From a bacterium (GTDB lineage Bacteria > Electryoneota > AABM5-125-24 > Hatepunaeales > Hatepunaeaceae), in assembly GCA_021734165.1 (NCBI GenBank), contig JAIPJL010000001.1, positions 8,792-72,791 on the forward strand: a stretch of 64,000 bases of DNA, in the 5' to 3' direction. Below the pieces are notes generated by a model that was not told the DNA's origin, did no database searches, and saw nothing but the letters and a program-made list of their open reading frames with translations. The position numbers and the translations under genes were made by a program. Of this stretch, positions 39,319 through 49,524 are shown piece after piece (within the stretch, counting starts at the first letter, position 1; each line of letters begins with the position of its first letter).

Positions 39319-41823
39319 ATGAACACAATTCAGGGTGAAAACGTAAAACCGCGCTCTATTGAAGATGAGATGCGCGACAGTTATCTTGACTATTCGATGT
39401 CGGTTATCGTTCAACGTGCGCTGCCGGATGTGAGAGATGGTCTAAAGCCGGTTCACCGGAGAATACTCTTCGGAATGAATGAACTGGGTCTTAATGCGGG
39501 TAAACCGTACAAAAAATCTGCACGTATCGTCGGTGATGTGATGGGTAAGTATCATCCTCACGGTGATTCAGCAATTTATGACGCTCTGGTCAGGATGGTG
39601 CAGCCGTTCTCGCTCAGGTATCCTTTGGTTAATGGTCAAGGCAACTTTGGCTCAATCGACGGTGACGGCGCAGCGGCAATGCGATATACTGAAGCGCGGA
39701 TGCAGAAGATTTCCGAGGAACTGCTTACTGATATTGATAAAGAGACCGTTGATTATATCCCAAATTATGACGATTCGCTTCGTGAACCCTCTGTTCTGCC
39801 TTCACGTATTCCTAACCTGCTGGTCAACGGTTCCAGCGGTATTGCTGTCGGTATGGCGACCAATATCCCGCCTCACAACCTGTGCGAGATCGTTGATGCA
39901 TTAACTGCTATCATCGGCAATCCGGAAATTACGATTGATGAACTGATGCACTACATTCAGGGTCCCGATTTTCCGACAGGTGGGATTATTTACGGAATAT
40001 CGGGAGTAAGAGAGGGATTGAAAACAGGACGCGGCAGAGTGATTGTCAGGGCTCGCGCAGTTGTTGAAACTCCCAAGCAAGGGCGAGATCGAATTGTTGT
40101 TATCGAGCTTCCTTATCAGGTAAACAAATCGCGGCTTATCGAACGTATCGCAGAGCTTGTAAATGAGAAGAAAATCGTTGGTATTGCCGATATTCGCGAT
40201 GAGTCTGACCGTGATGGTATGCGGCTCGTAATAGAATTAAAACGTGAAGCTGTACCGGAAGTGGTACTGAATAACCTGTATGCTCATACCGCCCTTCAAA
40301 CCACATTCGGTGTGAATATGCTGGCGCTGGTGGGTGGTGTGCCGAAGCTGCTGAATATTAAAGATGCTTTATATCACTATCTTGAACATCGTCACGAGGT
40401 AGTTACTCGCCGAACTAACTACGATCTTGCCAGAGCAAAAGAGCGGGAGCATATCTTTGAAGGACTGAAAATTGCAGTCGATAACATTGATGAAGTGATC
40501 GCAATCATTCGCTCCTCAGAAGACACATCCCATGCGCGCGACAGGTTGATAGAACGATTTGGACTTTCCGAGATACAAGCCAAAGAGATCCTTGACATGC
40601 GCCTTGCCAGGCTGACCGGTCTGGAACGACAGAAAATCATCGATGAACTTAAAATGCTTAAAGAGCTGATCTTTGAGTTGAATGAAATACTTGCCAGCAA
40701 AGAAAAAAGGATGGAAATCGTAAAAGACGAATTGATCCAGATTAAAGAGCTTTATGGTGATGAAAGACGTACGGAGTTGGTTGCGGACGCCGGAGAATTT
40801 ACCATCGAGGATATGATCGCTGAGGAGGATATGGTTATATCGGTAACTCGCGCCGGTTATATCAAACGTTTCCCGGTATCTGGTTATCGACGTCAAAAAC
40901 GCGGCGGTACAGGAATGTCCGGCCATATTCCCAAACAGGAAGATATTATCAAGCACCTGTTTGTAGCGTCAACACATGATTATCTGCTTTTCTTTTCCAA
41001 CCGAGGTCAGTGCTACTGGCTTAAAGTACACGAGATTCCTGCTTTGGGTCGTGCAGCGCGAGGTAAACCCGTGATTAACCTTTTGCAGATTGCTGAAGGG
41101 GAGAAGATCGCTGCAATGGTGAAGGTTTCAGAATTCGATGATGATAATTATGTGTTTTTCGCCACACGTAAAGGCATCATTAAGAAGACACCGCTCTCGG
41201 CTTTCAGTCATCCCAGTAAACGCGGTATTATAGCGATCAATATAGGAGATGATGATGAGCTTTGCTCTGCAGATCTGACTGATGGAACCTGTGATATCGT
41301 CATCGGTTCTTCCGGTGGTAAAGCGGTCAGATGTAACGAAAAAGACATCCGCCCGATGGGTAGAAATGCTGCCGGCGTCATCGGCATCAAAATGGAAAAA
41401 AATCAGAAACTTGTCGGTATGGTGGTGATGAGACGAGAGGGTACGCTTCTTGTTGCGACAGAGAACGGATATGGTAAACGGTCATCTATCAACGAATACA
41501 GACTGACCCGACGCGGCGCGCAGGGTGTAATTGCGATGAGAACTTCTGAGCGTACGGGAGCTATGGTTGCTATTATGGAAGTAGTGGATTCGGATGATCT
41601 GCTTATTATGACGTCTTCCGGCAAGGTAATTCGTCAACAGGTCTCAGCGATTCGGACCATTGGCAGGGTTACTCAGGGCGTGAGATTAATTCGGCTTCAC
41701 GAAGCAGATCTAATCTCAGATATTGCTAAGGTCGTTCGTGATGAAGATGATGATGAGAATGATCAGATCACTGATGAAATTGATGAAAATCAACAGGAAT
41801 TCTTCGAAAATAACAATGATTAA
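39319..41823 (+). CDS. gyrA: DNA gyrase subunit A
   Basis: [27 protein letters not shown]. The QRDR is [15 protein letters not shown], with active-site Tyr in [11 protein letters not shown]-terminal beta-pinwheel and an acidic tail follow. Confidence 0.95.
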   Translation: MNTIQGENVKPRSIEDEMRDSYLDYSMSVIVQRALPDVRDGLKPVHRRILFGMNELGLNAGKPYKKSARIVGDVMGKYHPHGDSAIYDALVRMVQPFSLRYPLVNGQGNFGSIDGDGAAAMRYTEARMQKISEELLTDIDKETVDYIPNYDDSLREPSVLPSRIPNLLVNGSSGIAVGMATNIPPHNLCEIVDALTAIIGNPEITIDELMHYIQGPDFPTGGIIYGISGVREGLKTGRGRVIVRARAVVETPKQGRDRIVVIELPYQVNKSRLIERIAELVNEKKIVGIADIRDESDRDGMRLVIELKREAVPEVVLNNLYAHTALQTTFGVNMLALVGGVPKLLNIKDALYHYLEHRHEVVTRRTNYDLARAKEREHIFEGLKIAVDNIDEVIAIIRSSEDTSHARDRLIERFGLSEIQAKEILDMRLARLTGLERQKIIDELKMLKELIFELNEILASKEKRMEIVKDELIQIKELYGDERRTELVADAGEFTIEDMIAEEDMVISVTRAGYIKRFPVSGYRRQKRGGTGMSGHIPKQEDIIKHLFVASTHDYLLFFSNRGQCYWLKVHEIPALGRAARGKPVINLLQIAEGEKIAAMVKVSEFDDDNYVFFATRKGIIKKTPLSAFSHPSKRGIIAINIGDDDELCSADLTDGTCDIVIGSSGGKAVRCNEKDIRPMGRNAAGVIGIKMEKNQKLVGMVVMRREGTLLVATENGYGKRSSINEYRLTRRGAQGVIAMRTSERTGAMVAIMEVVDSDDLLIMTSSGKVIRQQVSAIRTIGRVTQGVRLIRLHEADLISDIAKVVRDEDDDENDQITDEIDENQQEFFENNND

Positions 41824-41839
41824 CTAAAGAGAGCGAGAC

Positions 41840-42475
41840 ATGCCTCGTATTTCAGATTCTACCATACACAGATTGTCAAGGTACTACAGAACGCTTAAAT
41901 ATATGCATGATAAAGGTTCTCAGACAATCTCCTCAAACATTCTTGCTCAGCAGAATGACGTCACCGCTGCTCAGGTTCGTAAGGACCTTTCTTGTTTTGG
42001 AGCATTTGGCAGGAGAGGTCTGGGCTATGATATAGTTGATCTGAAGCGGAATATTGCTCGGATAATGGGACTCGATCGCACCTGGAAGGTTGCGCTCTGC
42101 GGAGTTGGAAACATCGGACGAGCGCTTATTGATTATGACCAGTTTAGAGTACAGGGCTTTCAGATTACGGTTGCGTTTGATTCCGATCCGGGGAAGATCG
42201 GGAAGGTCATTCATGGCGTTGTGATTCGAAATGAAGCCAATCTGGAGCGTGACGTCAGGGACGAGAAGGTCGAGATCGGAGTGGTGTCTGTACCGGTTTC
42301 ATCGGCTCAATCGATTGTAGATAGATTGGTTGCGGGTGGCGTCAGAGGTATTTTAAACTTTGCGCCTATTAATATTAAAGTTCCTAAAAATGTGTTCGTC
42401 AGGAACGAGAACATGGCTATTGAGATCGAAGCGCTCTCCTTTGCTTTGACGAATCCGAAAATGGTTCAGTATTAA
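41840..42475 (+). CDS. rex: Redox-sensing transcriptional repressor Rex
   Basis: N-terminal wHTH (RLSRYYRTL) and a Rossmann NADH-binding segment ALCGVGNIGRAL. Length is 211 aa. Confidence 0.85.
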   Translation: MPRISDSTIHRLSRYYRTLKYMHDKGSQTISSNILAQQNDVTAAQVRKDLSCFGAFGRRGLGYDIVDLKRNIARIMGLDRTWKVALCGVGNIGRALIDYDQFRVQGFQITVAFDSDPGKIGKVIHGVVIRNEANLERDVRDEKVEIGVVSVPVSSAQSIVDRLVAGGVRGILNFAPINIKVPKNVFVRNENMAIEIEALSFALTNPKMVQY

Positions 42476-42486
42476 GAACGGTATTT

Positions 42487-43995
42487 ATGAGTCTCACAAT
42501 AAAACGAAACCACGCAATAGCAACCCTGCTGGCGTCGATTATCTTGCTTTTATGCAACTCATTGTATGCAAAAGAGTTGACCATCCTCTACTGGGGCGAC
42601 AGGTTTTCCCGTAATCTGCCTTATCAGGGAACAATTGATAATAACACTTATAAGTTTGGCGGCGCAGGGACACTTTCCGCAATGGTCAAAACAATAAAGA
42701 AAGATAACCTAAGCTGTCTGACGCTGGTTGCTGGAGGGGAGTTTTCCGGAGCGCCTATATCACCCCTTACAAATGGTGCTTCCCAGGTTGAAATATTGAA
42801 TGCCATTGGAATTAATGGTTTCGTGCCTGGCATACACGAGTTTGATTACGGCTGGGAATCGCTGCGAACAGTAATGAAAGAGGCGGATTTTCCCGTTTAT
42901 CTTGCGAATGTGATTGTGCGGGATAATTTTCAGCCGATGTTTGTTCCTGATACGATTATCTACTTACCGGGGATAATGGTAGGAATGTGCGGATTAATCG
43001 ATCCGGATTTTAAAAACTCACAGAATCTTGAGGGTGTGCTGGGGATTGAGGCTTCTGATGCAATAACAGAAGCGAGGGCATTTATCAAAAGAAGGCAGGC
43101 TGAATGTGATCTGATGATTGTTTTATCAAGTCTTGGCTGGAGTAATGATAGCCTTCTTGCAGCGAATGTGAACGGCATTGATGTTATCATCGGCAGCGGA
43201 AGCGACTATCCTTATGATCCACCCCGTAAGATTAATAATGTGATAATTGCCTGCGCCGGCTCGCTGGGACGATGGTTAGGCAGGCTTGCTCTTGATGTGG
43301 ATACTCTCGGCAACGGCGTGAATATGTACAGGAATGATATAATTTTATTAGATACTGCAACTGTACCGCCGGACGAAAAGGTTGACAAGTTGGCTCGGAA
43401 ATTAGAGAAAAAACACACTAAAATATTAGAGCGCGAGATCGGCAGGCTGCAGACCGATTGGAATCACGAGGTTAATAAACCGTGTAATCTTGCGCAGTGG
43501 ACAGCCGACGCTATGCGTACTTACATCATGGATGCTGTAACGTCAAGGGTGCATCTTTCGGTTGTGAACAACGGAAGTCTCCAGCGGGGGCAGCAGCGGG
43601 GGATATTGCTTGAGAGGGACATTTGGGAGATATGTCCTTACGATTATCCGATCATGATCTTTCAGTTGTCCGGCGAGGAACTGCTGAATATCGTAAAAAG
43701 GCAGATTAAATCCAAGGGTGAATTCCTGACCTGGAGTGGACTTCGGTTTAAAGTTTCAGGAAACAAGATTGAGGAGTTTTACGTCGGTCAGCAGAAAGTA
43801 TCACCTATGGACGAGTATTCGGTTGTATCGACTGGTTATATCTGGCAGCATTTTGAGGAGTATTTCGGTATCGAGCGCGGTGAAAGACCCTTATTTTATC
43901 CGCCGGACGCAAATCAGCGTAGTGTGATGATAAATGCAGTTGAAAAGCAGAAGATAATCACCGCGCCGTTAGACGATAGATGGGAGATAAAGTAG
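42487..43995 (+). CDS. 5'-nucleotidase / UDP-sugar hydrolase-family secreted protein (calcineurin-like phosphoesterase plus 5'-nucleotidase C-terminal domain), possibly with degenerate metal ligands
   Basis: Signal peptide. GIHEFDYG matches the GNHEFDYG motif. The N-terminal motif GDRF lacks the usual DxH histidine. Confidence 0.65.
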   Translation: MSLTIKRNHAIATLLASIILLLCNSLYAKELTILYWGDRFSRNLPYQGTIDNNTYKFGGAGTLSAMVKTIKKDNLSCLTLVAGGEFSGAPISPLTNGASQVEILNAIGINGFVPGIHEFDYGWESLRTVMKEADFPVYLANVIVRDNFQPMFVPDTIIYLPGIMVGMCGLIDPDFKNSQNLEGVLGIEASDAITEARAFIKRRQAECDLMIVLSSLGWSNDSLLAANVNGIDVIIGSGSDYPYDPPRKINNVIIACAGSLGRWLGRLALDVDTLGNGVNMYRNDIILLDTATVPPDEKVDKLARKLEKKHTKILEREIGRLQTDWNHEVNKPCNLAQWTADAMRTYIMDAVTSRVHLSVVNNGSLQRGQQRGILLERDIWEICPYDYPIMIFQLSGEELLNIVKRQIKSKGEFLTWSGLRFKVSGNKIEEFYVGQQKVSPMDEYSVVSTGYIWQHFEEYFGIERGERPLFYPPDANQRSVMINAVEKQKIITAPLDDRWEIK

Positions 43996-44015
43996 GACAA
44001 ACATTCCTGTTTGTC
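43996..44015. terminator. Stem-loop immediately after the 5'-nucleotidase-like gene stop, probably a terminator
   Basis: gacaaaca-ttcc-tgtttgtc is an 8 bp perfect stem. It is nearly identical to the hairpin at 32114-32133. Confidence 0.4.
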
Positions 44016-44245
44016 ATCTAACTTTGGGGAGCGCGATACTTGTCCGCCTCTGGCGGATTCTTACCGGCGAACCTTATTTGTTACTTACAACCCGAACAAT
44101 TAGTAAGTCCAACGTTGTCATCCCCTTGTAGAAGGGGATCCAGACAAGCCTGATTTGTTAGAGTGCTAAAACAATCGGCGAGTACACGACACCACTGATT
44201 TACCATTATCGGAGATGCTCCTGCAAAGGAAGGGCTATAAAAATA

Positions 44246-44382
44246 CCGTCACCTTTCGTCACATTTCCGTCACGCCATCTAACCCCTATCCGGCGGGACT
44301 TAACGGTGAATATGTGACGATGTGACGATAATTTTATATACACTTGGCGGCAATATACGATAATATGAGTCAAAATGCAACC
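44246..44382 (+). repeat. Copy C of the GTCAC/GTGAC intergenic repeat family, about 70 bp upstream of the polyprenyl synthetase gene
   Basis: accgtcacctttcgtcacatttccgtcacgccatctaacccc - 28 bp - gtgacgatgtgacgataattttata...ggcggcaatatac...aaaatgcaacc. It is collinear with the inverted copy A. Confidence 0.55.
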
Positions 44383-44452
44383 ATAAATGGTAAATACAAG
44401 AGGTTTGTAGAAAATAAACAACAACGACGTACTAACGCCTTTCATTGAGCCC

Positions 44453-45400
44453 GTGTCCGCCGAGTTTGACCGGTTTCGGGAGCAATATAAGCAAACGCTG
44501 ACCAGCGGACTGTTTGTCATCGACCGGGTGGTGTCATATCTCTGTCGTTCGCATGGCAAGGGACTCAGACCTGTTCTCGCTCTGCTCTGCGCAAGACTGG
44601 GTGATAATGGCGTCAGCGATTCGGCGATCAAAGCTGCGGTGATTGTTGAACTTCTTCATGAAGCGACTTTGGTGCATGATGATGTGGTGGATGAATCAGC
44701 ACAAAGACGCGGATTTCCGTCGTTGTCGTCGCGTTTCAAGAATAAAGTTTCGGTGCTGTTCGGTGATTACATGCTGGCAAGTGTGTTGAGCGAAACTCTT
44801 GAAGCGAGAGACTTGAAATGGCTGGATATACTGGCAGAGACTTCACGGAGGCTGGCAAAAGGCGAGCTGGTTCAGGCTGCAAGAGCTCGCAAGCTTGATA
44901 TGGACGAGACGGATTATTTGACTATGATAGGTGATAAAACGGCAGCCCTGTTCAACGCTTCCTGCCGGTTGGGTGGACTCACCGGAGGACTTGCCGATCC
45001 GCAGATAGCAGCGCTTGGAATTTACGGTGAGAATCTGGGGATCGCCTTCCAGATCAAGGATGATATGCTTGATCTGTTCGGGAATGGAGCCCGACTTGGT
45101 AAGCCAACAGGTGGTGATCTGAAAGAACGCAAGTTGACTTTACCGTTGTTGTCGGCGTTGTCGAAAGTCAATAAACGTGAAGCAAGACGCATAAAGGCTC
45201 GCATCAAAAGAGGCGTGAAACGCCCGGAAATAAAGATGATCACCAATTTCATTCAGGATAACGGCGGTGATGTTTACGCAACGGAAGTAATGAATAAACA
45301 TGCCTCAGAAGCTGTCCGGGCTTTGGAAGCGTTGCCGGAAACTCCGATCCGGACAAAGCTTGAAGAACTTGGTGAATTTGTGGTTAAGCGAGGAAAATAA
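44453..45400 (+). CDS. Polyprenyl diphosphate synthase (trans-IPPS, IspB/octaprenyl-PP synthase-like)
   Basis: The two aspartate-rich motifs LVHDDVVDES and FQIKDDMLD. Confidence 0.85.
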   Translation: MSAEFDRFREQYKQTLTSGLFVIDRVVSYLCRSHGKGLRPVLALLCARLGDNGVSDSAIKAAVIVELLHEATLVHDDVVDESAQRRGFPSLSSRFKNKVSVLFGDYMLASVLSETLEARDLKWLDILAETSRRLAKGELVQAARARKLDMDETDYLTMIGDKTAALFNASCRLGGLTGGLADPQIAALGIYGENLGIAFQIKDDMLDLFGNGARLGKPTGGDLKERKLTLPLLSALSKVNKREARRIKARIKRGVKRPEIKMITNFIQDNGGDVYATEVMNKHASEAVRALEALPETPIRTKLEELGEFVVKRGK

Positions 45401-45401
45401 C

Positions 45402-46400
45402 ATGCAAAGAAAAATAATTATCTTTGTTTTAATTTCAGCTTTAGTAATATGTTATGGATGCGGCAGTGATAAACCGTTGAAAATAACAAAAGAGAGCGCC
45501 GGTGTTACGGTTGAGATTGAAACGGTAGCGGGTGAATTGGGACGTGGAGAATGCTCGAAGCTTATGAAAAAAGCTGCCGATGTATTTGATCAGCGTATAA
45601 AGCTTGGATTTGGAAAGAATAATGTTATTGAAAAACTTAATACTGAAAGAGAAGTCAGTGACATACCGGACGAAATGATTGAATTCTTCGAGCGTATTGA
45701 CCAACTTAGGCAAAGAACAAATAAAGCATGGTATCCGGCAACCGGTAAAATTCATGAATCATGGAACTCCTTAGACAGCGACGCTTTAGAACCTTTGCCA
45801 GAAGACCTTTCCATAGCCTGTGTTCAGGCACAAAGCACAGGAATAAGACTGCCTATGGGTAATAAAGCAATCTTGCATGGTGAGGGTTTGCTTTCTTTGG
45901 ATTATGCTCTGGTCGGCTGGTCAGTTGATGGCGCTGCGGAGGTTTTAAAGGTTGGTGGTGTTCCGGCGGCGTTTATTAAAGCCGGTGAAGTTTACCGGTT
46001 TTGGGGGCAGCCAGCGATGGACAGCCTTTGGACTTTCAGAATAATCGCATTTCCTGATACATCGATTTATGAACTTATACCTGATGCAGGCGGTTTATGT
46101 AGGATTATAAATTATGATACTTCTATAGACTACAAGGATATTTTGAATCTGAACGAATACAATCCACAAACTGGTTATCCTGCCGTGAATGAACTTACAA
46201 GCCTTTCAGCCTGGGGATCAGACGCCATTTCAGCCTGTATTTATGCTGAAGCAGCGAATGTGATGAGCAGGCTTGAGATGCTGAAATGGGCTAATGAGCA
46301 CGATTCGGTTTCGGTGTTTATTATTCATGATGATCTTGAAGGCGCAGTTGCGGAAAGTGACAATCGCATGTCACCATGGGTCTCGATGTATCTGCCATGA
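45402..46400 (+). CDS. Lipoprotein, possibly a divergent ApbE-like FAD:protein FMN transferase
   Basis: Lipobox LVICYGC. The segment LDYALVGWSVDGAAEVLKVGGVPAAFIKAGEVYRFWG resembles the ApbE D..G.AKG.A.D...GG core. The start is taken at the ATG at 45402, which has an AGGAAA RBS, rather than at the 5'-extended ORF. Confidence 0.45.
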   Translation: MQRKIIIFVLISALVICYGCGSDKPLKITKESAGVTVEIETVAGELGRGECSKLMKKAADVFDQRIKLGFGKNNVIEKLNTEREVSDIPDEMIEFFERIDQLRQRTNKAWYPATGKIHESWNSLDSDALEPLPEDLSIACVQAQSTGIRLPMGNKAILHGEGLLSLDYALVGWSVDGAAEVLKVGGVPAAFIKAGEVYRFWGQPAMDSLWTFRIIAFPDTSIYELIPDAGGLCRIINYDTSIDYKDILNLNEYNPQTGYPAVNELTSLSAWGSDAISACIYAEAANVMSRLEMLKWANEHDSVSVFIIHDDLEGAVAESDNRMSPWVSMYLP

Positions 46401-47452
46401 GGAAGTTTCTGGTTAAACCTGAAAAAGTTCTTATTATTCGTTTAGGCTCACTTGGCGATATTGTTCTTACTACTTTGCTGATCCGCTGCTTGCGAAAAAA
46501 ACTGCCAGATGCAATTATTGATATGATCACTAAAGAGCAGTATTTTCCACTGCTTGAAGTGATGGATTATATAGATGATAAATGGGTATATTCCAAGGAT
46601 TTCATTAAAATACGTTCTTTGAAGAAAGAACTTGGGACCAGAAATTACGATACAGTAATCGATTTGCAGAATAACTACGTCAGCCGTCAATTGACAAAAA
46701 CAATAAAACCACAGCGAGTTTTTCGTTATCGACGTTCAAGAATCAACCGGTGGATCAGGATTCGTATTCCATCGTATCGTAAGAAATTGACCATACCTAA
46801 TCATGTAGCAATCGGTTATTTTAATACGGTCAGCAGAATAGGTGTAATTGATGACGGCAGAGGGCTTGAGCTTAATATTACGAATGACTTCCTAAAAGGT
46901 GCGGAAGAACTACTGAATGACTTTATTGGTGAAACGGGTTTTCAGGACAAAATCTCAACGTTGATATTTGCTCCTGGCGCGCGTCATAATACGAAGATGT
47001 GGCCGAAAGAGCGCTGGGTCGAACTGATGAATTTGGCGTATAATGATGGTTTTAAGCAGCAGGTATTAATAGGTAGTGCATCCGAAAGGAGCTTGTTACA
47101 ATCAATTACTGATCAGCTTGAGTTTCCGGTTTTAAACACAGCCGGTAAAACCGGAATTGGTGAAATGGCTGCTATAATTTCCATGGGAAACGCTTTAATA
47201 ACAAACGACAGCGCACCCATGCACATAGCATCCGCAGTCGGAACGCCTATAGTTGCAATATATGGATCAACTGTGCCGGAGTTTGGTTTTACACCGTTTC
47301 GCTGTAAGAGTGAGATTGTACAAGTCAAAGATGATTTAGTTTGCAGACCATGCCATCCACATGGCAAGAAGAAATGCCCAAGAGGACATTTCAATTGTAT
47401 GTATGATATTGATGCAGGTGTAGTGTTTTCAAAACTGAAAAAACTGATTTAA
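46376..47452 (+). CDS. Family 9 glycosyltransferase (LPS heptosyltransferase-like)
   Basis: KVLIIRLGSLGDIVLTTLLIRCL N-terminal motif and the C-terminal GT-B half. Confidence 0.8.
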   Translation: MGLDVSAMRKFLVKPEKVLIIRLGSLGDIVLTTLLIRCLRKKLPDAIIDMITKEQYFPLLEVMDYIDDKWVYSKDFIKIRSLKKELGTRNYDTVIDLQNNYVSRQLTKTIKPQRVFRYRRSRINRWIRIRIPSYRKKLTIPNHVAIGYFNTVSRIGVIDDGRGLELNITNDFLKGAEELLNDFIGETGFQDKISTLIFAPGARHNTKMWPKERWVELMNLAYNDGFKQQVLIGSASERSLLQSITDQLEFPVLNTAGKTGIGEMAAIISMGNALITNDSAPMHIASAVGTPIVAIYGSTVPEFGFTPFRCKSEIVQVKDDLVCRPCHPHGKKKCPRGHFNCMYDIDAGVVFSKLKKLI

Positions 47453-47519
47453 TCAGAAAGCATCTTACGAAGCTAAGATAACTATAGATTTTATTAAACT
47501 ATCCTAATACGAGTTAAAT

Positions 47520-48827
47520 TTGAAACAAAATTCTATTAACCAATCTGTAATACGCGGCGGCTTATGGTTTAACCTCTATGATGTCGTGTATAGAATTGGG
47601 CTATTTCTGGCAATTTTGACTTCTTTTTTCAATAATAAATTAAAGAAGTCATTGCAAGGTCGCAAGGGTGGTGTGGATAATTGGATTATCGGCAAAACCG
47701 ATGACCGTCCGACTATTCTGATACATGCCGCATCATACGGTGAATTTGAGGGCGTTATTCCTTTAATTGAGCTCCTGAGTGATTCAGGTAAATGCCAGGT
47801 TGCGGTTTCGTTCTCATCACCTTCAGCAGAAAAAACTGTCAGCAGTACAAAAGGAATCATTGCGAGAGGTTATCTTCCGCATGATTTACTTTATGAACAA
47901 TTGAGGTTGCTTGAACGCCTGAATCCGTCGGTTGTACTGGTATCAAAACATGATTTTTGGCCCAATCTGATTAGAGCAGCAAAGGCTTTGGATATTCCGG
48001 TAATAATTATTAACGGGAATTTCCATATTCGTACAAAGCGTCTTTTACCTGTTATCAGGTCATTTCATCGTTCTTTTATGAAGTATATCAAGGCTGTCTG
48101 GACTGTTTCCGAAGCAGACTCAGTTCGTGTGGAAAGAATACTTTCCGGCGTTACGGAGCTGCGAGCTTTGGGAGATACACGCTTTGACAGAGTCAGGCAG
48201 CGGGCTGAACAGGGTAAAAAACGGTTTTCAGAATTGAAGAAAGCGCTTCAATCAGAACATGTTTTAATCGCGGGCAGCGTCTGGCAGCCTGACGAGAAGA
48301 TTTGTTGGGATGCTTACAAGTCGATAGTCAAAGATTTTTCTGACGTCAAATTAGTGATTGTCCCGCATGAACCCACTGAAGAAGCTCTTCGAAGAAATAA
48401 AATGGCTGCAGAAGAGCGAGGGCTGTCGATCTCATTGTTTTCTGATTGGGATGGTGGTGAAATTGAAAGTCAGACATTACTTGTTAATGAAATGGGAGTC
48501 TTGGCTGACTTGTACACAGTTGGCTGGGCAGCTTATGTCGGAGGAGGGTTTGGTGTAGGGGTGCACAGCGTTATTGAACCAGCGGCGCATGGGATTCCAG
48601 TAGTTTTTGGACCAAACCACTATGTTTCGTATGAAGCTGGATTGTTGATCAATAACGGTGGGGGATTTGTTATCCGAAAACGCGAAGATATCGAAAATCT
48701 CTGGAGAGAATGGCTTAAAAACACTGAAGGTTATGACAGGGCGAGCAATGCTGCATCAGAAGTTGTGAAGTCGAGAGAAGGAGTAACAAAGCATATTGCT
48801 GAAATGCTGTCTCCATACATCGGATAA
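47520..48827 (+). CDS. waaA: 3-deoxy-D-manno-octulosonic acid (Kdo) transferase
   Basis: Glycos_transf_N-like ILIHAASYGEF...PLI and a C-terminal GT-B domain. Length is 435 aa. Confidence 0.8.
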   Translation: MKQNSINQSVIRGGLWFNLYDVVYRIGLFLAILTSFFNNKLKKSLQGRKGGVDNWIIGKTDDRPTILIHAASYGEFEGVIPLIELLSDSGKCQVAVSFSSPSAEKTVSSTKGIIARGYLPHDLLYEQLRLLERLNPSVVLVSKHDFWPNLIRAAKALDIPVIIINGNFHIRTKRLLPVIRSFHRSFMKYIKAVWTVSEADSVRVERILSGVTELRALGDTRFDRVRQRAEQGKKRFSELKKALQSEHVLIAGSVWQPDEKICWDAYKSIVKDFSDVKLVIVPHEPTEEALRRNKMAAEERGLSISLFSDWDGGEIESQTLLVNEMGVLADLYTVGWAAYVGGGFGVGVHSVIEPAAHGIPVVFGPNHYVSYEAGLLINNGGGFVIRKREDIENLWREWLKNTEGYDRASNAASEVVKSREGVTKHIAEMLSPYIG

Positions 48828-48830
48828 AAT

Positions 48831-49475
48831 GTGACAGTTTTTGAATTAAAGAATATATCTTTTAGTTATCCGAATTCATCGAACTTAATTCTGAAAAATG
48901 TATCAATGAAACTTGAAACAGGTCGGATTGTTACTTTAACCGGTAAGAATGGAAGTGGAAAGAGCACTTTATCTCACATTGCTGCCGGATTGTTGAAACC
49001 GACCGCGGGAAGTATTGAAATTAAGGACATTCCAGCAGAATATGAAGGTATTCAAGCAGGTCTTGTTTTTCAGAATCCAGATGAGCAATTGTTAAACGCT
49101 GATGTAGAAAGCGAGATTGCCTATGGATTGGAAAATCTGAATATGCCGATTGACGAGATGAAAGCAAGAGTTAATGAAACGCTTGATATATTTAACCTTA
49201 AAAAATTCTCGCAACACTCACCTGATTCACTTAGTGACGGCTGGAAACAGATAACCGCAATAGCGGCTGTTATTGCGATGAAACCGATGTTTTTAATTCT
49301 TGATGAAGTGACGGCTTTTCTTGATCCTTACTGGACGGAGAGAATAAAAGAGATCGTAAAGGAATTGTCAAAACAGATTGGTGTTCTCTGGATAACCTCA
49401 TCAACGAGACAAGTAATTTGGCAGGATGAAATCCTGTCATTGCAAAATGGATTGATAATAAGACAGGAAGCGTAA
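48831..49475 (+). CDS. ABC transporter ATP-binding protein, ECF-transporter EcfA-like (short)
   Basis: Walker A is GKNGSGKST. GLVFQNPDEQL is an ECF-type Q-loop region. The signature is LSDGWKQ and Walker B is FLILDEVTAFLD. Confidence 0.75.
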   Translation: MTVFELKNISFSYPNSSNLILKNVSMKLETGRIVTLTGKNGSGKSTLSHIAAGLLKPTAGSIEIKDIPAEYEGIQAGLVFQNPDEQLLNADVESEIAYGLENLNMPIDEMKARVNETLDIFNLKKFSQHSPDSLSDGWKQITAIAAVIAMKPMFLILDEVTAFLDPYWTERIKEIVKELSKQIGVLWITSSTRQVIWQDEILSLQNGLIIRQEA

Positions 49476-49524
49476 AACCTTAGTTAGGTTATGCAGTTAA
49501 GTATTTAAAACTAAACAGATTAAC

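Noticed and set aside
44016-44245. A hairpin-dense region containing ccgcc-tct-ggcgg, atcccctt-gtag-aaggggat and other stems, possibly a tRNA, tmRNA or RNase P RNA
   Set aside because: No tRNA T-loop (GTTCRANYC) or acceptor features were seen. No RNase P (AGGAAAGTCC) or tmRNA terminal motifs were seen either. It is treated as a structured 3' UTR or leader of unknown meaning.
45300-45401. A 5' extension of the lipoprotein ORF overlapping the 3' end of the polyprenyl synthetase gene
   Set aside because: A clean lipoprotein signal peptide begins at the ATG at 45402, which has an AGGAAA RBS. The upstream extension is an overlap artefact of the ORF track.
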